From NCBI GenBank assembly GCA_965140415.1, contig OZ223209.1:3872001-3936000 (forward strand): a stretch of 64,000 nucleotides of DNA, given 5' to 3'. Source of the DNA: Myxococcota bacterium (lineage in GTDB: Bacteria; Myxococcota_A; SURF-8). The notes below the pieces were generated by a model. That model ran no database searches. It had not been told where the DNA came from and saw only the letters and a list, made by a program, of their open reading frames with translations. Positions 19,974-29,081 of this stretch are shown one piece after another; the stretch's first letter is position 1, and every line of letters begins with the position of its first letter. Both the position numbers and the translations under genes were made by a program.

Positions 19974-21271
19974 TGGGCACCGTATTGGGATTTGACGCCA
20001 TCGGCTTCTGGATCATCGTCACCGGTATTCTGGTGAACACTAGTGGCGCATTGCTCGGAAATTTTCTGCTGCTACGCCGCATGAGCCTGTTAGGCGATGC
20101 CATTAGCCATGCCGTACTTCCCGGTCTGGCTATCGCGTTTATCGTCACCCAGAGCCGCTCTCCCATTTACATGCTCATCGGTGCAGGCGTGGCCGGACTA
20201 TTGACGGTGCTGCTGACCGAGTCGATCCGCCGCCTGGCCAGAGTCAACGAAGACGCAGCGATCGGGGTTGTATTTACTTCCTTGTTCGCGTTGGGGGTGG
20301 TACTGATTACACGCGCTGCCAGCCAGGTCGATCTCGATCCGGGTTGTGTCCTGTACGGTATTTTGGAATCGGCGGCGCTGGATACGACTCCCGTTTTCGG
20401 CCTGGACGTTCCTCGTATGACCTTGAATCTGGGTATACTGACGGCCATCGTGCTGCTGTTCGTATCGTTACTATGGAAAGAATTGAAACTGGTGGCCTTC
20501 GACGCCCAACTTGCCACAACACTGGGTTTCCGCGCCGGACTGGTACACGTGCTGCTGATGTCGCTGGTGGCCGCCTTTACGGTTATTGCGTTTGAGGCAG
20601 TCGGCTCGATTCTGGTGGTAGCCATGCTGATCGTTCCCAGCGCTACGGCCTACTTGCTGACCGATCGGCTCGGCTGGATGGCGCTGCTTTCCGTGGCGGT
20701 CGGCATCTCTTCCGCGATACTGGGACGAGAGGCAGCCTATCACTACAACGCGACAGTCGCCGGAATGATGGCTGTGATGGCGGGAGGACATTTTGCACTG
20801 GCGGTGCTGTTCTCGCCGAAATACGGCTACCTGGCCAAACGCATATTCCAGCTACGCATGGGTTTTCGAATCGTGCGGGAAGACCTTTTGGCGCTGCTGT
20901 ATCGCTGGCAGGAACAAGGTTCTACCGAACCGATGCCTCGTTCTCTGATTATCGAAACCATGAAAAGCGGCTGGCGAAGTCGCGTTGCGATTCAATTCGC
21001 GTTGTGGCAGGGAGAAACCATGCGACAAGCTACAGGGCTACGCCTGACCGATTCCGGTACGGAGAAGGCCAGTCGCCTGATTCGCGGGCATCGTTTATGG
21101 GAAAGCTATCTTGCTAAAAACACGCCGCTTCCAGACGATCACCTGCATGAACCGGCCCATCGCATGGAGCATTTCCTGGATGAGAAGATCCTGTCGCAGG
21201 TGGAACAGGATGTCGAATTTCCGGATATCGACCCACATGGCCGACCATTACCCAAAGATGGTTCCACCTGA
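19973..21271 (+). CDS. troD: Metal ABC permease (TroD) fused to C-terminal DtxR/MntR-like domain
   Basis: GDAISHAVLPG and VDLDPGCVLYG; C-terminal LTDSG...HRLWESYL...HEPAHRMEH. Confidence 0.9.
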   Translation: MGTVLGFDAIGFWIIVTGILVNTSGALLGNFLLLRRMSLLGDAISHAVLPGLAIAFIVTQSRSPIYMLIGAGVAGLLTVLLTESIRRLARVNEDAAIGVVFTSLFALGVVLITRAASQVDLDPGCVLYGILESAALDTTPVFGLDVPRMTLNLGILTAIVLLFVSLLWKELKLVAFDAQLATTLGFRAGLVHVLLMSLVAAFTVIAFEAVGSILVVAMLIVPSATAYLLTDRLGWMALLSVAVGISSAILGREAAYHYNATVAGMMAVMAGGHFALAVLFSPKYGYLAKRIFQLRMGFRIVREDLLALLYRWQEQGSTEPMPRSLIIETMKSGWRSRVAIQFALWQGETMRQATGLRLTDSGTEKASRLIRGHRLWESYLAKNTPLPDDHLHEPAHRMEHFLDEKILSQVEQDVEFPDIDPHGRPLPKDGST

Positions 21272-21409
21272 TTGACATTGCTAAAGTATTCAGTTTAAAA
21301 GGCTCGATAACCGCTGCGATGATCGCGTTTTACCCTTCCTTATGGGAATATTCATGCAACGAGAGTCATTCTACCTAAACGGATGAAATGCGACCGTGAG
21401 AGGATGTAG

Positions 21410-22366
21410 ATGAAACAAGCGTTGGAAGTCCAAGCCATCACGAAACGGTACAAGCAAACCAAAAAAGCGGATCTCATCGCCGTGGATAACCTGTCTCTCT
21501 CCGTGCCGGAAGGGTCGATATACGGCCTGTTGGGTCCGAACGGAGCCGGGAAATCGACCTTGATCAACATGATCGGCGGAGTCACCAAACCGACTTCCGG
21601 GCGCATTCGCATTTTCGGAGTGGACAACCAGCAGCACCCGATCCAAACACGTAAAATGCTCGGCGTGGTTCCCCAGGAAATCACGCAGGAATCCATCTTT
21701 ACGGTAGAGGAGGTGCTATACTATTTTTCCGGCATGTATGGGTTGTCGCATGCCCGCCGCAAACAACGCATCGAGCAGGTACTGGAAGAACTTGGCCTGG
21801 CGGACAAGCTCAAGCAGCGCGCCTATCAACTTTCCGGCGGCATGAAGCGCCGCCTGATGATCGCCAAAGCGATTTTGCATGAGCCCCGCTTCGTGATTCT
21901 GGACGAACCGACCGCCGGGGTGGACGTTGCACTGCGACAGCGTATCTGGGATCTGATCGTGCAGATGAACCGCAACGGCACGACCATCCTGTTTACGACG
22001 CATTACCTGGAAGAAGCGGAACAACTTTGCGACGAGCTTACGATCATCGATCACGGGCAGATCGTTGGAGCCGGTTCACTAAAAGATTTTCAGCGCAACT
22101 TCGAGCAGGGCGTGATTTACTTCGAGTTGTATCATCCCCAAGAGCGGAATATCGACGGTGTTGAACGTGTTGGAACGGAATTCGAATATCACAGTCGCGA
22201 ATTGCTGCCCGGCTTGGCCAAATTATGCAAACACTACGGCTCCAACCTGAAATCGGTGCGTAGCGAACATGCCAGCCTGGAAAAGATCTTTCTGGAATTG
22301 ACCGGCCTGAACGGACATAAAACCGACGATGCCGCCACTTCCGCCTCCGAGAAAGGAGGCGACTGA
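21410..22366 (+). CDS. ABC-2 type exporter ATP-binding protein (YadG-like)
   Basis: [26 protein letters not shown] and TTHYLEEAE. Confidence 0.92.
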   Translation: MKQALEVQAITKRYKQTKKADLIAVDNLSLSVPEGSIYGLLGPNGAGKSTLINMIGGVTKPTSGRIRIFGVDNQQHPIQTRKMLGVVPQEITQESIFTVEEVLYYFSGMYGLSHARRKQRIEQVLEELGLADKLKQRAYQLSGGMKRRLMIAKAILHEPRFVILDEPTAGVDVALRQRIWDLIVQMNRNGTTILFTTHYLEEAEQLCDELTIIDHGQIVGAGSLKDFQRNFEQGVIYFELYHPQERNIDGVERVGTEFEYHSRELLPGLAKLCKHYGSNLKSVRSEHASLEKIFLELTGLNGHKTDDAATSASEKGGD

Positions 22367-23112
22367 TGCGCTATATGCTGGCTTTATACGCACGCGAAGT
22401 ACGCCGCTTCCGAAAAATCTGGATGGACACCCTATTCACTCCCATTATTTCCACACTGTTGTTCCTAACGGTCTTCGGGGTGTTGATGGGCCAACGCAGC
22501 ATCGGCAACGCGCAGGCGCTGCCGTTCATCTACACCGGTCTGCTGGGAATGACGATTATCAACGCCAGCTTCATGAATCCCGGCTTTGCGCTGGTGTTGG
22601 CGAAAAACCATGGGACAATCATAGATTTGCAACTGGTCCCGATTCCACGCTGGCAGATCGGGCTGGCGTATACACTGGCGGCTGCGACTCGCGCAATGGT
22701 GGCACTGACTACCGTACTTTTAACCAGCATCTGGTTCGTTCCCGACTTGTCGATCACTCACCCTGCCCTGCTGGTCGTTGCAATTGTACTGACCGGGATC
22801 GAATTCGGCTTGATCGGCACCGTGTTCGGCATGTGGGCCAGCAGCTTTGAGGCCGTTACTTTCATGACCACCTTTATCATGCAACCCATGATTTTCCTGG
22901 GAGGCGTGTTCTACCCCATTCAAAGCCTACCGGACCTATGGCAGACGATCAGTCAATTCAACCCGTTGTTCCACAATATCAACATGATCCGATACGGCTT
23001 TATCGGCTATTCCGACGTGCCCCCCCTGTTGTCGCTGGGGGTGATGATTGCAGCTACGCTACTGCTGTTTTTCATTCTCAACCAGGTCATTCATCGGAAA
23101 CTGGCGGGATAA
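22366..23112 (+). CDS. ABC-2 type exporter permease (YadH-like)
   Basis: REVRRF, about six TM helices, FLGGVFYP and NPLF; translationally coupled to the ATPase. Confidence 0.9.
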   Translation: MRYMLALYAREVRRFRKIWMDTLFTPIISTLLFLTVFGVLMGQRSIGNAQALPFIYTGLLGMTIINASFMNPGFALVLAKNHGTIIDLQLVPIPRWQIGLAYTLAAATRAMVALTTVLLTSIWFVPDLSITHPALLVVAIVLTGIEFGLIGTVFGMWASSFEAVTFMTTFIMQPMIFLGGVFYPIQSLPDLWQTISQFNPLFHNINMIRYGFIGYSDVPPLLSLGVMIAATLLLFFILNQVIHRKLAG

Positions 23113-23121
23113 GCAAAGCAC

Positions 23122-23820
23122 TTAAATTGTTGCTGTCCCTGCTTTAGCATACATCAGCGCAGAAGGTGTCTGGCAACCGACGATTGCCGGAGCTTCCCGG
23201 ATCAAGTCCTCGTTCTGAATTGCTTCCACCATGAACAAAGCGAAATCGATCCGGCGCGTGAGATTGCTTTGCAGAATCGGATCACCTACGTGCCTGCTCC
23301 AAACAGGCAAGCCCTGACTTTCACCCTCTTCCAGATCGCTTCCACGCACGACGGTCCAGCGGGTATCGCTTTCGAAAATTCGTCGGCAGGCTTCCACCTG
23401 GTCATCGATATCCACTGCCCGAAACAGTTTCGCAATCCAACCGAAGATTTTCACCATCCATAAAAACTTTTTTGAGTATTGATCCTTGCCATCTCTGCTG
23501 ATATGCCAGCCACATGAAAAAATCAGTCGTGCGTTCGGTTCGGCATGGTCAAGCACGGCCTGCGCCGTTCCGGTTGAATACTGCTGCACCCCCCAGGGAA
23601 CCAGCACGACAAGCACCGCATCGCAACCAGCCACCGCAGACCGGATCACCTCCGGGTCGTTGGTCGCCCCCGGCACAAGTTCGATTCTTCCTTTAAAGCG
23701 ACCCAGCTTATCCACGCTCTTTTCACGACAAACACCTACGACCTCATATCCCTTATCCAGCGCATGCTGAACCATGTATTGACCGAGTTTTCCTGAAGCG
23801 CCAACAATGCAGATCTTCAT
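23122..23820 (-). CDS. NAD(P)H-binding protein (flavin reductase/BVR-B-like atypical SDR)
   Basis: IVGASGKLG Rossmann motif, WTVVR and TRRIDFA; RBS GGAGG. Confidence 0.85.
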   Translation of the reverse strand: MKICIVGASGKLGQYMVQHALDKGYEVVGVCREKSVDKLGRFKGRIELVPGATNDPEVIRSAVAGCDAVLVVLVPWGVQQYSTGTAQAVLDHAEPNARLIFSCGWHISRDGKDQYSKKFLWMVKIFGWIAKLFRAVDIDDQVEACRRIFESDTRWTVVRGSDLEEGESQGLPVWSRHVGDPILQSNLTRRIDFALFMVEAIQNEDLIREAPAIVGCQTPSALMYAKAGTATI

Positions 23821-23938
23821 GATGCATACCTCCGCAAAACCTTGTTTCAAGGTTAACAGCCATACCCCACCGATTCGGCTCTGCCAATGAGTTACCTCAG
23901 TTTTATTGGAATGTTTCGGCTGCTAAGAAGAGCAGGTT

Positions 23939-24523
23939 TTATCGATTCCGATCGATTTCGATGGTTTCCGTTTCGGTGATCAGCAGCATTACCGGCAGAT
24001 CATGCACCTCGCGCGGCACCTCATCCACCAGTTGCACGTTAAAAGCAAGCCCAACCGTTACAGCCCGGGTTTGCGGCAGGAAACGATCGTAGTAGCCGCC
24101 GCCATATCCCATGCGATAACCTTGACGATCATAGGCCATGCCGGGTACGAGAATCAGGTCCAAATCGCCAAGCGGAAACTCGGGACAAGCGCCGGAAGGC
24201 TCCAGAATCCCAGCGTAACCGGGCGTAAACTGCTCCCAGTTTTGCGCCGCACGATGAATAAGGGTGTCGTTCTTGCGATCCGTCACCGGAAACACAACCG
24301 TTTTACCGTCCGCCCAGGCTTGCTCGATGATCGGGCGGGTGTCGATTTCAGAGCCGAAAGGAACGAAGGCATGAATCGCACCGGCGTTACGATAAAGATC
24401 CAGAGTTAAAAGCCGATTGCAGGCGGCCAACGAGAAGTCCTGTCGTTGCTCTGGCGAAAGAGTCTCACGCCTGGCAATCGCCTGCTTGCGAAAACGACGT
24501 TTCTGTTCTGCCAAATCACTCAT
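23939..24523 (-). CDS. 5-formyltetrahydrofolate cyclo-ligase
   Basis: K..FR, EIDT, GILEP, DLILVPG.AYD..GYRMGYGGGYYDRFL and PREVHD. Confidence 0.95.
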   Translation of the reverse strand: MSDLAEQKRRFRKQAIARRETLSPEQRQDFSLAACNRLLTLDLYRNAGAIHAFVPFGSEIDTRPIIEQAWADGKTVVFPVTDRKNDTLIHRAAQNWEQFTPGYAGILEPSGACPEFPLGDLDLILVPGMAYDRQGYRMGYGGGYYDRFLPQTRAVTVGLAFNVQLVDEVPREVHDLPVMLLITETETIEIDRNR

Positions 24524-24560
24524 GGAAGATCATCCTGCTGTATAGCGTGATAACGGGAAA

Positions 24561-24917
24561 TCAGAAGCTAAGTACCTTGGATTCTTTCATCAATTCGATC
24601 AGCATTTTTCCGGTTCCGAGTTTGGCATTGGGGATGAATTCATCCTCGGAAAGATGCCGGGCGTTGGCGCAGGGAGTGCAGACCAGAATCGGGACGTTGT
24701 TCTCGATCAACGAATCCAGATACGGTTTCATTTCGTCACCGGTCGGAGCCTTGACATTATCCGCCATGCCGATTTTGGCAAAACAGACCGCGTCATCGAC
24801 CAAAAAGACAGTAACCGGATTTCCGTCTTCCATGGCGAACTTGGCAAACTGGAATATACGTGTGGCACGGGTGGGATCTTCCTGTCCTCTGGAGAGAACG
24901 AAAAGGAAACGCTGCAT
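24561..24917 (-). CDS. DsrE/DsrF-like protein
   Basis: VFLVDDAV and VCTPCANAR (CxxC); RBS GAGGAG before ATG 24917. Confidence 0.88.
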   Translation of the reverse strand: MQRFLFVLSRGQEDPTRATRIFQFAKFAMEDGNPVTVFLVDDAVCFAKIGMADNVKAPTGDEMKPYLDSLIENNVPILVCTPCANARHLSEDEFIPNAKLGTGKMLIELMKESKVLSF

Positions 24918-25160
24918 AGTATCCTCCTCACTGAAACAAGTATTCAGATGAGCGGCCAAGCCGCAACCGCTGATGCACCAATGCCTTTTGTTTTACTCCA
25001 ATTGCCGGTATCATGCAACCCAGTATTCACAAGGAAATACATGAAGCCCCGCATTTATAATAATCTCTCGGTTTTGATAGGAATCGGTGGAAGCCAGACA
25101 TGGCGTGGCGAGCCCCGACTTTATGGGTCGAATAATGCCAAGATAATCCAAGAACTTCAG

Positions 25161-25700
25161 TTAGGCCTGAACGCCGTCTTCTTCACTGGTGGAGGAACGC
25201 AATCCGGCAAAGAACTCGTCGTATTTCTTGTACAATTGCGACATGGTTTCCTCGGCCACCGACAGGCTGCCTTTGTCGACTTCGTAGCCATTTAAAATGC
25301 CGACCGCTTCCTGATAGCCCTTGCCCACCGCGCCGCGCACCATCTTTTCAAAGCCTGCGATCTGCTCTTCCAGGCTCTCGTCTTCATGCTGCATACGGTA
25401 CATGTCGAAGAAGCTGGTGGTGAAATCGAAAATGCGCTGCGACGTGGCTTCCGGCGACCAGTCCACACCCATAAGTTGGTTGATATCAAGGCCGTTGGCC
25501 TTGAGCATCTCATCGACTTTCTGGCCGATGGTGGTGGAAAGCGTCCGCTGGATAAAGGTTTCGTCGACCTTGGCGCTCAGTTGCACCTGGTCTAAGACAT
25601 CCTTAGCCGTGCGTGTTTCCGCATTCTGAACCGGTTGCGTTTTTTGAATCGATTGCAGTTGCGCGACATATGCGCTGGATTGTGTTGGTTGCAGTTTCAT
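25161..25700 (-). CDS. DUF5610-like protein
   Basis: RBS GGGAGG; low-complexity N-terminus with DQVQLS; DWSPEATSQRIFDF...GY.EA..IL pattern. Confidence 0.7.
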   Translation of the reverse strand: MKLQPTQSSAYVAQLQSIQKTQPVQNAETRTAKDVLDQVQLSAKVDETFIQRTLSTTIGQKVDEMLKANGLDINQLMGVDWSPEATSQRIFDFTTSFFDMYRMQHEDESLEEQIAGFEKMVRGAVGKGYQEAVGILNGYEVDKGSLSVAEETMSQLYKKYDEFFAGLRSSTSEEDGVQA

Positions 25701-25750
25701 TCGTGACCTCCCTGTCGTCGAAACTACCCTTCCCTGGGTTCTCATCCTTA

Positions 25751-25777
25751 CAATCGGCCTGTTTTGAACTTTCTTTA
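25751..25777 (-). promoter_or_regulatory. Sigma-28 (FliA)-type promoter
   Basis: Minus strand TAAA-GAAAGTTCAAAACAG (15 nt)-GCCGATTG, matching TAAA-N15-GCCGATAA, 50 nt upstream of the DUF5610-like start. Confidence 0.7.
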
Positions 25778-26273
25778 GGAAAATTTTGCCTAGTCAGCTT
25801 GCAACAGTTGAAAAACGGATTAATACATGGACTTTGTTCTGTAATTACAAAGGGATAAGAATATACGCCAAACGTCATAAATCAGCGAAATCCGCTACGC
25901 ACGCAGCGTACACTACTTATTTGCCTGTTGCCTCTTGACATGCCTAAGTGCTAAGATTACATTATGTTTTATGTTTAATGTACGACTTTTTTTATCATTT
26001 GGACGAGACTTGAACGAAGACTGAATGCATCGAATGTTTCTGGAGATGAGAGCACAACCACCGGCACCGGAGTCGATTATGCCGCCGCCGTCGGAGATAT
26101 CCGGGGTCTCCAAAGTCAATCGGCTGATCCGGACCTAACACAATGACTGGCGTCAGTATCGGGGTCAGGGCAGTTGACAGAACCGAACGACACGAGTACT
26201 CTCCCAAAAGCACCATTATGGTCGAAGTTGCCGGACAGACGTTCAACGCCATCATGCGATAACAACCACACAG

Positions 26274-28163
26274 ATGGAAACAGGTGATTTGCACTCAGAC
26301 TCAGATTACAGCGATACCCTGAAGCCACAGGAAAACACTTTAAACGCACGTCTGGCAGTCGCCTTGTTGGCGATCTGCGTCGTCGCCACGCTCCTGGCTT
26401 ACTGGCCGGTTCTTAACGCACCATGGTTTTACGATGATACCGAGCATGTCATCACCAACACATCGGTAACCGGCGACTCAATTCTGCCTGTTTTTACTCG
26501 CAACTTCTGGGGACAAACCCCAGGAATCTTTTCGGTCTGGTCGTATCGGCCGATAGCCTCGCTTTCAACACGTTTGGTTTATCAGGTTTGCCCGAGCCCG
26601 TTTTGCGCACGCTCGGTCAATTTGTTGATTCACATCGGATTCTGCCTTAGTCTGTTTGTATTTTTTTGCCGTTGGTTTGGAGAACTGGCCGCCGCGCTTG
26701 GAGCGGGTCTGTTCATGATCCACCCCATTCACAGTGAAGCCATCCTGTTTGCTGTTGGGCGAGCCGACTTGCTTGCAGCCTGTTTTTCACTGGCTGCATT
26801 CACTTGCTACCTGAAGCGTCGCTATGTGTGGATGCTACTTCTGTTCACCCTCGGTTTACTGTCTAAAGAAAATGCAGCCTTGCTTTTCCCTCTGATGTTA
26901 GCACATGCCGCGCTGACGCGGCGCTTTCAAAGTATGCGTTCGTACATCGCATTCTCCATACCATTTTTCGCCATCGGCATCATTGATTTCATCCTTCATA
27001 GACTGGTTAGCGGTCGCTGGTGGGAATTTATCGATGCACTGCAAAATCCTCTGATTCTCGCTCCAAAAGCAGAACGCTGGGCACACGTTTTGAGTTTTCC
27101 GGCTGAATACCTCTCCCGTATTTTATGGCCGTTTTCCATCCCGGCCGATTTCAGCATGGGTGCCTATCAGGTTACGCCGTGGCACGATCCGCGCTTGCTT
27201 TTAATCGGGGCGATCTCGATTGTGCTTCCAATCGTCGTGCTCTTGCTGACCCGCAAGTTTTTACCCTGGCGCAATATTGCAATCGGGATTTGGGCCTATT
27301 ATTGCCTTGCCTTGATTGCCTTCCAGTGGCACTCGCTCGGCGCGTTTACCCTCGCGGATCGACATCTTTATCTGCCTTTTACCGGTTTGGCTTTTTCAGT
27401 CGCCGCGACGGTTCAAGCCATTCAAGGTCTTCGTCCAAAGTTTCTCACAACGTCTTATCGTCGTATGCTCGCCTCAACATTAAGCTTTCTCCCAGTTGGT
27501 TTTCTTGCCACGGCGCTCTTTTTTGCGGTCCCCGCCTATGCAGGGCCAATCAGTCTGGGCAAGGCGTGGCTTAAGAATTCCCCGGGCGGCGCACGCGCTT
27601 ATTTTATGATCGGCAACGAATATGCGACTCAGGGCAGGCCGGATCTTGCCCTGCCCTATTTTGAAAAGGCCATCGAAATCTACCCGAGTTTCAATCAGGC
27701 AAAACTCTCCAGAGCCAAGGCATTGTCCGATTTGGGAAAACAGGAAGAGTCGGGTAAATTGTTCGCCGATCTATACCAAAATGCTCCTGATGAACCCGAT
27801 ACCGCTTTTTCATATGCCGTTTGGCTATGGCGCGGTGGTAAACTGAAAGAAGCGGAATCGATTTTTTCTAAAACCGCACGAGTATGGCCTCAGAATTCTG
27901 GGTTGATATTTGAATGGGGTCGATTGACGGAAGTACTGTCGGGTCCTGCTGTCGCGCTTCCCATCCTTGAAAACGCTTGCCGCCTCGATACTCGTCCCAC
28001 CTGCACAAAAGCTGCGGCCGCCACTCGAATCAGATTGCTTAATCAACTCCTACAACATGCGGACTTCGACCAGGCTAAAGAAGAACTCAATCGAGTTGGA
28101 GCAGTCGCCATCCCAGAGTCCGAAAAAGAAAGAATTACGCAACAGCTACACGACTCCAAATGA
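26274..28163 (+). CDS. TMTC-like GT-C membrane glycosyltransferase with C-terminal TPRs
   Basis: FYDD, YRP, HPIHSEA...GRADLL, LLSKE and DRHLYLP motifs, many TM helices, TPRs (AYFMIGNEY...ALPYFEKAIEIYP). Exact start uncertain. Confidence 0.85.
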   Translation: METGDLHSDSDYSDTLKPQENTLNARLAVALLAICVVATLLAYWPVLNAPWFYDDTEHVITNTSVTGDSILPVFTRNFWGQTPGIFSVWSYRPIASLSTRLVYQVCPSPFCARSVNLLIHIGFCLSLFVFFCRWFGELAAALGAGLFMIHPIHSEAILFAVGRADLLAACFSLAAFTCYLKRRYVWMLLLFTLGLLSKENAALLFPLMLAHAALTRRFQSMRSYIAFSIPFFAIGIIDFILHRLVSGRWWEFIDALQNPLILAPKAERWAHVLSFPAEYLSRILWPFSIPADFSMGAYQVTPWHDPRLLLIGAISIVLPIVVLLLTRKFLPWRNIAIGIWAYYCLALIAFQWHSLGAFTLADRHLYLPFTGLAFSVAATVQAIQGLRPKFLTTSYRRMLASTLSFLPVGFLATALFFAVPAYAGPISLGKAWLKNSPGGARAYFMIGNEYATQGRPDLALPYFEKAIEIYPSFNQAKLSRAKALSDLGKQEESGKLFADLYQNAPDEPDTAFSYAVWLWRGGKLKEAESIFSKTARVWPQNSGLIFEWGRLTEVLSGPAVALPILENACRLDTRPTCTKAAAATRIRLLNQLLQHADFDQAKEELNRVGAVAIPESEKERITQQLHDSK

Positions 28164-28339
28164 AGTTGCCTCTTCGATAGGTTTCCTACCTATTTAAACT
28201 TCAGCACTTAGATTCCCCTTTTTACTCACGCGCAAATAAAACATTTCACAACTCGTGGTACCAGAAAATTCAATCCAGCCCGGGATCTGGTTTTATTTGG
28301 GCATCAAGCGAAGCAGTTTCGGCTTTGAGTTGAAATGAC

Positions 28340-28642
28340 CTGAAAAGCGAACTGGTCTTCTGTAAACCGGACGGCGGGAGACATATTCACCGTCGAGCAG
28401 ATGTCGCCTTGAAGCGGTGTTGTATGAAAGCGGGGCTACGACCTATCGGATGGCATGTGCTACAACATACCTTCGCAAGCCATTTAGTGGGAAAGGGTGT
28501 CCATCTCAGGACCATTCAGGAACTGCTCGGACATGCCTCCATCGCCATGACGGAGCGCTATGCACACACTTCAACAGAACTCATTCGAGGGGCCGTGGAG
28601 GCCCTGGACGAGCCCATTTTGTGCAAGGTTACGGCACAATAG
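28340..28642 (+). pseudogene. Truncated tyrosine recombinase/phage integrase (C-terminal fragment)
   Basis: LKSELVFC...GWHVLQHTFASHL..KGV.LRTIQELLGHASIAMTERYAH; in-frame stop at 28331, no N-terminal domains, and HxLR reads HVLQ. Confidence 0.88.
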
Positions 28643-28701
28643 CGGCACAAAACGGAGGTGTTCAAGTTGGCACGAAACCTGCCTAGCCATAAATACAGAA
28701 A

Positions 28702-28726
28702 ATCCCTTGAGAATTTCCCAAGGGAT
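28702..28726 (-). terminator. Hairpin downstream of tRNA-Asp (terminator-like)
   Basis: ATCCCTTG...CAAGGGAT followed by TTTCT on the minus strand. Confidence 0.6.
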
Positions 28727-28738
28727 CGCTCTGAAAAA

Positions 28739-28815
<77 letters not shown>

Positions 28816-28851
28816 GTATTTAAAAAGATCGCTGTGTGCAGCGGGTAAAGC

Positions 28852-28927
28852 TGGTAGGCGGACACGGATTTGAACCGTGGACCCCCGGCTTGTAAGGCCG
28901 GTGCTCTAACCGCTGAGCTACCCGCCT
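28852..28927 (-). tRNA. tRNA-Val (TAC)
   Basis: AGGCGGG/TCCGCCT acceptor stem, TAGCTCAG, anticodon arm CCGGC-CTTACAA-GCCGG, GGTTCAAAT and encoded CCA; 76 nt. Confidence 0.97.
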
Positions 28928-29027
28928 GCAACCCGCGAGATATTCTCCTAGAACGCGGGTAAAGTCAAGAATTTTTCTTTCACAATTTCATTTTTTTTTC
29001 AAAGCCGCTTTGCCGGTCCCACAAATA

Positions 29028-29062
29028 AAAACGGCCCGATCGAAAACCCGACCGAGCCGTTT
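29028..29062 (-). terminator. Intrinsic terminator after ino1
   Basis: AAACGGC...GCCGTTT imperfect hairpin with T-run on the minus strand. Confidence 0.55.
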
Positions 29063-29081
29063 GAAATCACAGGGGAAAGGC

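Noticed and set aside
24960-25160. Possible 6S RNA upstream of the 5-formyl-THF cyclo-ligase gene
   Set aside because: The synteny is suggestive, but I could not find the long terminal stem and central bubble, and a dsrE gene intervenes. An Infernal search would settle it.
25913-26349. Frameshifted remnant of a secreted protein ending DSGAGGCA (MYXO-CTERM-like)
   Set aside because: Needs a frameshift and lacks the following TM helix and Arg cluster; too weak to call.
28668-28682. Sigma-54-like TGGCACG-N4-CTGC site
   Set aside because: It points antisense into the tRNA and is better explained as a third copy of the GGCAC arm-type repeat.
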